The notes below the pieces were generated by a model, which had not been told where the DNA came from, did not search any database, and was given only the letters and a program-made list of their open reading frames with translations. Of a stretch of DNA of 64,000 bases, positions 36,930-51,510 are shown one piece after another (the first letter of the stretch is position 1; every line of letters starts with the position of its first letter). This DNA is from Euglena gracilis. Lineage: Eukaryota. The stretch covers positions 434,001 through 498,000 of the forward strand of contig CP154954.1 in NCBI GenBank assembly GCA_039621445.1, written 5' to 3'. The position numbers were made by a program, and so were the translations under genes.

Positions 36930-38871
36930 ATCCGAAAAAAAAATAAGATAATATTTAGATCAAGTAGTTCCTTAAAATTCTGGAATAATTTACATTTATG
37001 AAACTTCTACAAAAAAAATAAATGACCTTAAAATATAAAACAAGAGAGTAAGAAAAAAGCTAATTAAAAAATAATTTACATTTAGAAACATTTAGAAAAT
37101 CTTCCCTAACGTATCTTCTTTTTCTTTAAACAAACATAAAAACTAAAACAAAATTTTTAGCTGAACACATAATAATTTCATTATTAAAAGTAAATTTTAA
37201 TAAAAATCTTTATTTACCTCAAATAATGGAATGATTTCAACTTTAACAAAATTTGTAGTTTTGTAGTAAATTATTTACGCGTTAAACATTCTTTAAAAGG
37301 GAATATACAAAAAAAATGATATCGGTTTTATATGTTTTCTAATTTACATACTATAAAAATTTTAATGTAACGTTTTGTTAAATGTTATATTTTATTGTAA
37401 TAAATTTGGGAAAATTAATTAACTTTTTAGACACCCTAAGATAATAACATATGTTCAAAAAATTCTATTTCGTTTGTTCTTTCGTAAAAAAAACTTCTAA
37501 TTCTTCTAATTATGGTACTTCGTATTTCAATAAATCCTCTCTTATTTGCCATTTATCTCTTGATTTTTCCGAAAATTTAGAAAAATATTGATTGCCATAG
37601 GATGAATTCTTTTTTGGACACTTCTCTACGTTATTGTTATTCCAAATTCTAAGATCAGGGTTTTAACAGAATTAATTTCACGTAATTCAAGTTTAAATCA
37701 AAAGCCACTGGATGAACTACAGAAAATTAACTAGGATCTTCCAGAAATTCAAGAAAAGTATGTATACCAAGCTCCTATTGGTAAAAAAGGCAAGCATTAA
37801 AAAAAGTTATTAATATCGCTACAAACGTAAATCCAGAAGCATTAAGTGAAATCATAAAAAAGAATACTTGGAAAAATTATCTAAAGTAGTTTCCTTCAAT
37901 ATTAAAATACCGATCCAAGAATTGTAATTTTTACATTTAGTTTCATAGTAAGTTGTGTTATTTGTTGGAGTTCATGGACATTCGCTGTACTAGGACTGAG
38001 TATTAGAGTTTTAATAAGTTTTTAATGGAAGTACAACATGCATAAATTTTATTTGTTACAAAACTAAAAGATGTTAAAAAATATAGATGCTCTTACGAAT
38101 ACTGCATTTTATATTCTTTTAAACTTCAATTTTAATAACTATCAAATTGCTCAAAAAATAAATGAGATTATTTAGATTGTGAGATATGAATCTATTAAAT
38201 TCAATCAAATACTTGAATTGTGTAACAACACACTACAAACATTAGTTAAGTCAGTTGAATAGATTAGAGTTCGTCCATTAAACTTCTAATTTTAAGAGTT
38301 TTTATTAAATATTTTATTTTAAAAATCTACTTAAAAACTAATTGACAAAATATTTTTTGAAATCTAAAAAAATTACTAAATTTAAGATCAATAAAAGTAT
38401 AACTTAAATTAATTAAGTTAATTGTTAAATATTTATTTGTATAATAAGAATTTTTATCAAAGAAATTCTTCTGACTACTGTTTTTTATGAATTTTATTTC
38501 ATATATGTTTTATATCAACAAAGTAAATAAAAATAAACCATAACAATTTTTGAGGGTAATTTCTAATATCATCAATCTTGATACGAATTCATTTTAAAAG
38601 AAATTAAAAAAACTGAAACTGAAGTAGTAAAAAATATAAAATAAGAAAAAAATTATGTACTTCAATTGGTTAAATATTTTTAAAATCGAAAGAAATTTAA
38701 TATAATTTTCAAAAAAAGAAAAACAATCTAAAAAAAAGCTTTTTACCAAATAATTCGATTTTTATTATTAAAAACGTTACATTATTTAATTAAAAATCTA
38801 CTTACTAAAAAATAATTAACAAAACAAAAAATATACTTGTTAGTAAAAAAGATAAAAACAAGCATATAAAA

Positions 38872-41837
<2,966 letters not shown>

Positions 41838-41923
41838 CAATAAATTAATTAAATTAATCTCCCAGTCGCAAACGCGACTGTTGATAAAATTATAACATAA
41901 AAAATTAAATATTTTATTATATA

Positions 41924-42005
41924 TACCTTCGACCGGAGTTGAACCGGTACGCTTTATAAGCACATGATTTTAAGTCATGAGTGTCTACCATTTCACCACG
42001 AAGGC
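41924..42005 (-). tRNA. trnL: tRNA-Leu(UAA), intronless
   Basis: GCCTTCGTGGTGAAATGG...CT TAA AA, long variable arm. Confidence 0.95.
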
Positions 42006-42063
42006 ATTTAAAACACACAAATTAAATATAAATTATTTTTAACTTATATTTAAATTACAAAAT

Positions 42064-45000
42064 TTAATCCAAAGGCTTCAATTTACGAGCAATTTCACGA
42101 GAACGATCAATTCCTTTTTCAAAACCAATAGCAGCCGCACGAGCTCTACCGGCATGCCATAAATGACCAACAAAAAAGAAGAAAGCTAAAACAAAATGAG
42201 ATGTTGCCAACCAACTTCTAGGATTAACGAAATTTACAGCATTAATCTCTGTAGCAACACCTCCAACAGAATTTAAAGACCCTAAAGGAGCATGCGTCAT
42301 ATATTCTGCTGCTCTACGTTCTTGCCAAGGCTGAACATCATTTTTTAACTTATTTAAATCTAAACCATTAGGACCACGCAAAGGCTCTAACCAAGGACCA
42401 CGAAAATCCCAAAAACATAAAGTAGTTTTTCCAAAAATAAAAATTATAAAGAAAATACCCATTTACAAAATGTAAAAAACGATTTACGTTATACAGCTTT
42501 TTTAATATTTCCAAAAAAAATTTTCCTGAACAAAACACAAAATGAATAATTTCAACTTAATTTTCATCTTATTAAAGTAAATAAAAATTTAAAACTAAAA
42601 TAATTCAAGAATTATCAACCTTAAAAGAAAAATTATAAATTATATGTTTACTCCCATTTTTATTAAAAAGATCGATTTAACATTATTATTCAATGAAAAA
42701 ATTTTAATAATTAAAAATCTCCAAACCACGCTTATATTACAAAAAAAATAACAAACAAAGTGAAAACGTTATTAAACTTATAAAAAAACAACAATTAAAA
42801 AATAAAGTATATTTACATTAACATATATCAATATCACACGCATAGTTTCACCACCAAAAATGATTTCGCCAGTAGGAGACTTCATTAAATAATTAAACTA
42901 GAGAAAAACCTGTTAACAAACATTGCAAGACTCAAAGAAGTCAAAATGCTTTGAAAAAAACTATTAATAAAAATCAAACTAATTTTTTGTTATAAAGTTT
43001 GAATAAAACTAAAACAATATAAAAAACTGATCAATTTTATAAAAAAAAATAATTACTATTTCAAAATCAATTAAGATTTTAAAAATAAAAATTTTATCAT
43101 CATACATCCTAATATATTTTTAGCAAAACTTTGAATAAAATTTCAAAAAATTAAATACGATTGCTATAAAAACATCAAACATTTTAAACAACGCACTTTA
43201 CCTAATCCCGTTGGACCTTGTGCAGAAGCTATGTTTGTACCTAAACGTTGGTCACGAATCAAAAATGTAAAAGCTTGAGCTTGAGATGCTTCAGGGCCTG
43301 TTGGACCATAAAATTCACTAGGATATACGGTATTATTAAACCACACCATTGGCACAGCTATAAATCCCATTGTAGCAACAGCACCAAGACTATAGGACAA
43401 ATAAGCTTCACCAGACCAAACGAAAGTACGAACAACCCATGGCGATGGTCTAGAACAAATATGCCAAAATCCTCCTGAAACTAAAAGAATTCCAATCCAA
43501 ATATGGCCACCAATAACATCTTCCATACTGTCAACACTAACGATTCCTAGTAGAAAATACAGTAATGTGATTCCCTAAAAAAATCGTGCATGCATTTTTC
43601 AATGCACACGACTTACAAAATATTATTATAAAATATGTTTAAAATAATTTTTAATAATCTTGAACAATTAAAATAAATTATTTTTTATTTAAATAATTGA
43701 ATTTTTAATTCAAAAATAAAATTTGAAAGTTTTCAGAATCGTAAAAATAAAAGTTACAATTATTCTAACTTTGTTTTTTGTGAAGATTCACAAATCTTAA
43801 AATATCAAATTAGCAATAAAAAATAAAATAAAATGATTTATTATAAAAATATAAAATTCATAATGCTAAATTTTTGTTATTTCCATACTTTTATTTTAAT
43901 TATAAAAATGTAAGTTCAAAAAAAAGGCCTAACTTAAAATTGTAAGTAATATTTATTAGAAAGAAGAAAATAAACAAAATTAAAAAATTTTATATACAAG
44001 GCCCTTAAATTTCCACTTAATTTATAAACCTAAAAATTAAAAATAAAAATTAATTATTTATTAAGTGCTTCATTTTACTAGAATGTCCCGAAACAAAGTA
44101 ATATGCTTAATATTAGAATAATAAAAGTTAAAAACTCAAAAAATATGGACTTTTACAAATCGCAACCATCCTTCACCACCAAAAGGAGATTTTACAAGAT
44201 AGCCAAATATAATAAAAGGATTTAATGTTGGATTTGTTATTGAACGAACATCACCACCACCGGGTTAAAGTAGACAGTCCTACTAATACTAGTAGGACTA
44301 GTCTCTTATTCAAAACCAAATATGAAATTTTCAAATCTTATGGCTATTAAATTCTAAAATGTAAGTATATTTATTACCAAATAAAAAAAAATATTACCTA
44401 AAACTTACAATAAATATAAAGACGATTATTCTTAAATTTAATTCATCCTGATAAAAATCTTTAAAACTTATAAAATAAATTATTAAAAACTAAAAAAATT
44501 AATTAAATTAGTTACCTAACCCTCCTAGTAAAAATATAAACTATACTTCGTTTTTTTGTTTTTTTTAAGACTTTTTAAAATTTTTTCTACATTTAAGCCA
44601 AAATACAAATATAATGTTTCAATATAATAAGATTCGACCATATTACAAAATCATAATGTACTTATTAATTTACATTTAAGTTAACAAAACAATTAAATAC
44701 AAATAAAATGAATAACCAAAACTTAGCTAGCCTATTTAACAAAATTTTTATTTCTCAAATTTTGAGAAATAAAAAATGAAATCCTAAAATAATTAATAAC
44801 TATTAACAATTAATAAATATCTTTCTAACTCTATTTTACAAAAAACTATAGAAATCAGCCTATAAAAACAAAAATTTTCATAAAATTTAAAATATTATAA
44901 CAATTATACTAACACAAATTTACGAATCGCACGACACCAAGTATCATAAACACCGCCACCATACATAGCTTTCCAAGCAAGTAAAAGTGCACCTAAACCT

Positions 45001-48000
45001 AAATAGGATAGAACAAAAGATAAACAAATAAGTCTTCCATTAAACACAACAATAATTTTATTTATTATGCTCAAATTACTGATGTAAAAAATAATTAAAA
45101 TAATTTTTCTTTAAATTAAAGAAAAGCAAAAAAACAAAATGCAATTTTAATCCAAAAGGTAATTTTATCAAATAAAGATCACTATAATTCAATTATCTTG
45201 CTTTTTGAAATATCAAAAAACTTTCAATAATGCATAAAAAAATAATTAATTAGAATTAAAAAATTTTTATAGTTAAACGTAGCTTTAAAATTCTTTTAAT
45301 AGTATTATTCTTTAATTATTTTTATTTAATATACTTATTGTTAAATAAAAAAAACAAGCAACAAACCGTTAAAATTTAAATTTATAAAAAATAAATACTT
45401 TAAAACCATCATAAAATTAATTGTTATATTAAAATTTTTACCTGCACAAAGCATAAATGAATACCTAAAATTGCAGCTAATTTTTTCTTACGTTTCCATG
45501 TATATCCAAAGAAGCGAAAAGACTCTTCTAAAGTGTCAGGACCTGCTAAAGAATATCGAATAGACTTTTTTTACCATTACAAAAAAGCCGTTCATAAAGC
45601 CAAGCATGCCTTTTTCAATACACAAGGCTTTAATAAAAATAAAACTTAATAAAAAATTTTTTATTTTTTTTTCTTTTTAAATATTAGTTTATTAAAACTC
45701 GAAAAACTGTGCATTTTTGTATTAAAAAATTAAATACTTTATTTAATATATATAATCGAGAGCAAACTTCTTTTGCAAAATTTGAGAAAATTAATTGCTT
45801 ACACGTTCACAATATTGTAAAATGAAATTTTTCTAGTAAGTAAATAAAGGATAATTTTGAGCTTAAAAATAAAATGCAAGATTAAATATATCGATTTAGC
45901 CTTTTTATAAAAGCTTTAATTAGAATAATAGTGTCTCCTATCACAAACTTGTCAAAACTTATCTAAACTAAAAATAAAAGACTTATCTTTCATTTTTAAA
46001 AGAACTGCTATTTAATACATCTTTTTTAAACATCTTTTAGAGTGACAAATGATTTGTCATATTAGTAACTAATATAATAATAAATACAATATAATGCGAT
46101 TTAAAAAATTAGAAAAACATCCAAAATATAAAATTACGTGCCGCACGAAATACACCACCAAAACCTAAAACAGCAGAAGAAATAAGATGAAGAACACCAC
46201 ATACGAAAAAAGGATAAGTATCCAAAACAATTCCATCAAAACCAACGCCAAAACCTAAAGTAGCTAAGTGAGGCAATAATATCAATCCTTGTTCATACAT
46301 AGGTTTTTGTGGAACAAAATGAGCTACTTCAAATAAATTCATAGCGCCAGCCCAAAAAACTATTAAACCAGCGTGAGCTACATGAGCTTAATTTAGTAAA
46401 TAATCACTAATTTAATTAAACTACTAACAAATTATAAATAAAAATTTTTTAATTTTTATTTAATTTATAAAGGCTAAAAAATTTACCTAAGAACAAAACT
46501 TAAAAAGAAAATAAAATTTCATGAAAAAACTAGATACATTTCATTCCACAATGAACACAAAAATATAAATTGATTTTGTTAAAAAAATTAATGGATTCAG
46601 ATAAAAAAGTCAAGTGACCAAAAGAAAAACAATTTAAAATATGAAAGTTATATTTTTTTGATACAGTATTGAACGATTCAGAAACTAAAAAAGATTTAAA
46701 TAATAATCGTTTAGAAGAATAAAAATCTTGTTTAGATTCTGAATTAAAAGCAGAGAAAGCGTGTTTTTTTACAAAAAAAAGTGAATATGATAAACTTCTT
46801 AAATCCGAATATTTGTGATACTCTCTCCAATTCTTTATTACTGGATATAACTTAGAGGCTTTAACGACAGAACCATAATTTGAATTGTTAACTATTCTTT
46901 TAACTCGATTAAGGAAAAATTGATAATTATTAAGGCTAGGAATTGCAGAAATACCATTTTTAACTTTTTCCGAAAATTTAAAATGCCAACCTAAAAAATC
47001 AAAACCCTTAGTGTTGGATACAAGTAAAAATTTAGAAGAATTCTTTTTTATACCTCGCGTATAAAGTAAAGAGAGAATTTGATTTGCAAGTATTTTTTCA
47101 TTATCCATGGGTCGTAAAAAAAATAACATATAATAACCATAGCGCACACAATTATGAACGTTTTCAACTCCATTTAACATAACGTTTAATAACAAAGAAC
47201 TAAAAGTCGAAATTTGACACTCATTTTCTGGAAAGTGCAAATTGAAACCTAATTCCAACAAACGAAAAATCCCTAATTTAATATTTCTCGGAGCAATTAA
47301 TTTTTTCATCAAATAATCATAATTAAAAATAGAAAAATTACAATTTAACTCAACTTTTAAAATTCTTTTTTTACTACCAAACGAAATATTTGATAAATTA
47401 AGCAAAATAGCTTGCTGAACCTTATAAATAGGAACATTATAACGAAAACCAAAATTAAATGGATGAAAAAAAGCTTCATGAACAGGTTCAAGGGCAAATT
47501 TAATCAAAACTTGCCAGGAACGATCCGAAATAGTCGAAATTGTATCTGAGATTAAATTTTCATTTAAATCGAAAACACATCTTTTCCTTAAAGATTGAGG
47601 CTTCCAATTATTCCAATTTTTTCTTAAATATTCGTTTAATTCAAATCTTTCCAAAAAATTTAAAGTAGTTTTTCCATCAACTCCTGAAATTTTTTTATTG
47701 AAACTCAATTGTGTTACTTCGCGAATAGCTAACAATCTTGCACAATTAGATTGAAAAATAAGTTTTTGAAGCTCATATAAATTTTTCTTATCATGAATAT
47801 AAGAAACTTTAAATAAACGCCTTTGAACTTTAAATAATAAACGAACAGATTTTTCCCAAGAAAAATTTTGATAAAAAGAAACTTGAAAAATTTCATAAAA
47901 AATCATAAAAGAAAATAACAACAAAAATATAAAAACAAAAACTTTAAATCATAAAAAACCACCCCCACAAAAATTAGAATTCAAAACACACCACCCAAAA

Positions 48001-48758
48001 GTTTACCTGATACATTTATAAGTCTAGCATTACCTGATTAAGATAGAAAAAATTAAAATTCTAAAGTTTCCCTCCAAAACACTTTACGTGAAAATTTTAT
48101 TTCATAAAGCGTATAAAATTAAATTTAACTTAACAATAGTTTTTACAAAAATAATTCTATGAGGATAATTCCTAAATAAAATTTACGAACTTTTACGGTA
48201 CAATACCTCACCTTATTGCAAATTTTCTTAAATGTTTTTTGTCAAAACAGAAAATTTACAATTTTTTACGTTTCATACATTTTTTAATTAAAAATTTTTA
48301 GGTCCAAAAATCTACTTAATAAAACAAAATTGATAAAAGACTAAACCAAGTAAAAATATGTGATGATAAAAAATTTTTTACAAATGCCCAATTATAAAAT
48401 TCAAATCTTAAAAATAAAAAGTTTTCATTAATATGTTCGAAAAAGTATAAAACTTTTACTAACCTTTTAATTATTAAATATTTTATTTTAAATAAAAATA
48501 AAATTTACTTTTGCAAAAAACTTTTATTATTAGAAAATATTAAAGTTTAAATGTAAGCTTTTTTAAACAAAATTTGCGTTTTGTAAAAAATACATTGCAA
48601 ATACAAATATATTGATTACAATACCAAAAATTAAAGCTCAAAAATGTAAAATTAATCTTTAATTCATAAAAGACTTACTTTCAATACATTAAAAATAAAA
48701 CGTTTCGCACCCCACCAAGCAAATCCAGTTGATTCCTGATCACGACCACCTACAGTTA
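42064..48758 (-). CDS. psbC: Photosystem II CP43; nine exons visible, 5' exons lost at the fold-back
   Basis: [50 protein letters not shown]...[13 protein letters not shown]...[19 protein letters not shown]. Confidence 0.96.
46387..47991 (-). mobile_element. psbC 1605-nt group III twintron carrying ycf13
   Basis: GGT G|GTGTG ... |CT CAT join restores GA-H; contains a maturase ORF; no domain V seen at the 3' end. Confidence 0.9.
46530..47906 (-). CDS. ycf13: Intron-encoded maturase-like protein Ycf13/Mat1, 458 aa from ATG 47906
   Basis: RT N-terminal motif [21 protein letters not shown]...SGVDG; DRSWQ...LEPVHEAFF...FGFR; GFDFLGW; domain [15 protein letters not shown]. Confidence 0.95.
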   Translation of the reverse strand: MIFYEIFQVSFYQNFSWEKSVRLLFKVQRRLFKVSYIHDKKNLYELQKLIFQSNCARLLAIREVTQLSFNKKISGVDGKTTLNFLERFELNEYLRKNWNNWKPQSLRKRCVFDLNENLISDTISTISDRSWQVLIKFALEPVHEAFFHPFNFGFRYNVPIYKVQQAILLNLSNISFGSKKRILKVELNCNFSIFNYDYLMKKLIAPRNIKLGIFRLLELGFNLHFPENECQISTFSSLLLNVMLNGVENVHNCVRYGYYMLFFLRPMDNEKILANQILSLLYTRGIKKNSSKFLLVSNTKGFDFLGWHFKFSEKVKNGISAIPSLNNYQFFLNRVKRIVNNSNYGSVVKASKLYPVIKNWREYHKYSDLRSLSYSLFFVKKHAFSAFNSESKQDFYSSKRLLFKSFLVSESFNTVSKKYNFHILNCFSFGHLTFLSESINFFNKINLYFCVHCGMKCI

Positions 48759-48917
48759 GTTAAATCGAAAATCCGTTTTCCAAACTATACTTGCACAAAT
48801 AATTCATTGCACATACAGCTTTCTGACTGACAAAAAACAATTAACACTACAAAATTAAAATTCTAATTATTCAAGATTCCTATATTTGTTTAACAATCAA
48901 CAACGATATATTAAGAA

Positions 48918-49400
48918 TTATTCTAAAAAAATAGTCTCATCCAAATTAAAACGTACATCAACTAAAAAAGATTTTCTTTTTAAATTAAAAATAAACTTTC
49001 GAGTTGGGAAAAAAGAAATAGTGCGATAAACACTTTTAGAAAACACTAAATCAAACGTATAAACTGAATATGACCATAATTTCATTTTATTATGCTTTCG
49101 ACAAAGAGTTAAAAAACAACTTTCTCGAATTAATTCAACAAAAAATCTTAAATGAGAAAAATTTTCACATATAGAAAACCAATTTAAAACAGAATAAACA
49201 AAAAAACCAAAATTTCGAAGAATAAACTTATCTTCAAAAAGAAGTAAACGAACATTACCTATAGGACGAAATTTAAAAGGATGAATAAAGCCAAGCAATC
49301 TTAATTTTTTTAAAAAAACTTTGAATGGAACAAAGAATTTAAAGAATCGAATTGATTTGCTTTAGAAGAAAAAAAAAGAACGGTGACCAGAAAAAAAAAA
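48918..49400 (-). CDS. mat2: C-terminal part of the maturase in the large psbC group II intron; upstream part corrupted at the fold apex
   Basis: LGFIHPFKFRPIG...ELIRESCFLTLCRKHNK resembles MatK-type domain X; lies just 5' of domain V (~48785-48822). Confidence 0.75.
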
Positions 49401-50869
49401 AGAAATAATTAAATAAAAAAAATTTATAACGTTGTCTTTAGAAAAAAAACGAATAAATGAGAGAAAAAAAAAAAAAGCAAAATTCAAACAACAAAACAAA
49501 AAAATCTATTGAAACAAGAGAACAAGAAAAAAATTGAAAATTTTTAAAATGTCTTTTAACAAATATACTTAATTGATTATAAAATCAAACGAAAATATAC
49601 TTTTGAAAATTTACACATTGAAGTATAATCGACTAAAAAATGAAAAAAAAAAGCATCAAAAAAATTTTAAAATACGAAAAAAAAATTAAAAAAAGAAAAA
49701 TTAAAATTAGGATCACAAATTTTTTTGAAAAAGAAAAACAACGAGAAAAAAAATAGAGCCCCAAAATGTATTATGTAATAATTTTGATAAAACATTTAAA
49801 AAAGTATTATTACTCAAAAAAAAAATATAAAGAATAAAACCCCAAAAAAAACTTTTATCAATAAAAAATTTGTACCTCTCTAAAAAAATAATAATTTATT
49901 AAAAAAAAAAAAAATTTTAAAAAAAAAATAAAATTTTTCGAGCTTAAAAAAATCAAAAAAATTAAAAAATTTAAAGACCTAACGTAAAAAATATTTTTTC
50001 ATAACTGTAAATACTTTGTTATAAAAAGATCAAAATATCTCAATATTTGAAAAGTTTTAAAATAAAGAAGAAGACACAAAAAAAATTTTTAAAAAAAAAT
50101 ATTTTTAACAAGATAAGAAACAAAAGAAAGTGTTTCCAAAAATCTAAAAAAAAAAAAATATTCCCAGCGATCAAAATAAAAAATATAAAAGAAGTAAATT
50201 CTGGAAAAATCATAAATATATTTTAGCTTTTTAATAACAAAGTATAATGAAAAAAAAATTACAATAAATAAATTTTAAGCTCGAAAATTTTTATAAAATT
50301 AAAATATATTTTTTACGTAAAATTATATTTTAATTTTAGAGATACAAATTTTCTTCAAGGAATGATAAAGTTATTTTTTTGGGATTTATTATAACAAGAT
50401 TTATAACTTTTTGAAAATTGAGAGAATAAAAAATACTTTTAAATGTAAAAAATTATTACCAAACAGAAAACATTTTTGAAGGCTCTAAAAATTTTTCATT
50501 ATTCTCGTGAATTTTTTCAAAAAAAAATTGTTATCCAAAAAAAAAAAAAACAAATACAGAATCATGTCGTATTTTAAAATTTTTGATGCTTTTTTAAATT
50601 AATTCATCATTTTTTTTTACAACTACAAAAAAACTTGTAAATTTTCAAGTATACTATGTATTCGTTGATTTTTATAATCATAAATAAAGTAATTTGTTAA
50701 AAGACATGTTAGAAAATATTAATCAATTTTTACTTGTTCTCTTGTTTCAAAATTAAATTATAATTGAATTAAAAAGCAATACTTAAATTAATTCTCCTGT
50801 ATTCGTTTTTTTCTAAAAGACAACGTTATAAATTAAATTTTAATTCTTTTAATTACTATTCTTTTTCTA

Positions 50870-51351
50870 ATTTTTCTGGTCAAAACCGTTCTTTTTTTTC
50901 TTCTAAAGCAAATCAATTTCGATTTTTTAAATTCTTTGTTCCATTCAAAGTTTTTTTAAAAAAATTAAGATTGCTTGGCTTTATTCATCCTTTTAAATTT
51001 CGTCCTATAGGTAATGTTCGTTTACTTCTTTTTGAAGATAAGTTTATTCTTCGAAATTTTTTTTTTTTTGTTTATTCTGTTTTAAATTGGTTTTCTATAT
51101 GTGAAAATTTTTCTCATTTAAGATTTTTTGTTGAATTAATTCGAGAAAGTTGTTTTTTAACTTTTTGTCGAAAGCATAATAAAATGAAATTATGGTCATA
51201 TTCAGTTTATACGTTTGATTTAGTGTTTTCTAAAAGTTTTTATCGCACTATTTCTTTTTTCCCAACTCGAAAGTTTATTTTTAATTTAAAAAGAAAATCT
51301 TTTTTAGTTGATGTACGTTTTAATTTGGATGAGACTATTTTTTTAGAATAA
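50870..51351 (+). CDS. mat2: mat2 C-terminal part, mirror copy
   Basis: Mirror of 48918-49298 with three changes to Phe (TTT). Confidence 0.72.
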
Positions 51352-51510
51352 TTCTTAATATATCGTTGTTGATTGTTAAACAAATATAGGAATCTTGAAT
51401 AATTAGAATTTTAATTTTGTAGTGTTAATTGTTTTTTGTCAGTCAGAAAGCTGTATGTGCAATGAATTATTTGTGCAAGTATAGTTTGGAAAACGGATTT
51501 TCGATTTAAC

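Noticed and set aside
41838..41963. Apparent N-terminal extension of D1 in the ORF track
   Set aside because: Starts at a non-ATG codon within trnL; the likely start is ATG 41837
41924..42005. Expected group I intron in trnL(UAA)
   Set aside because: The tRNA is continuous; no intron is present
43248..43478. 76-aa ORF (mirror 56788-57018)
   Set aside because: Antisense to a psbC exon
44272..44305. Strong hairpin AGTCCTACTA-ATAC-TAGTAGGACT, considered as a terminator or MITE
   Set aside because: Sits between domain V and the 3' splice site of a psbC intron, so it is best explained as domain VI
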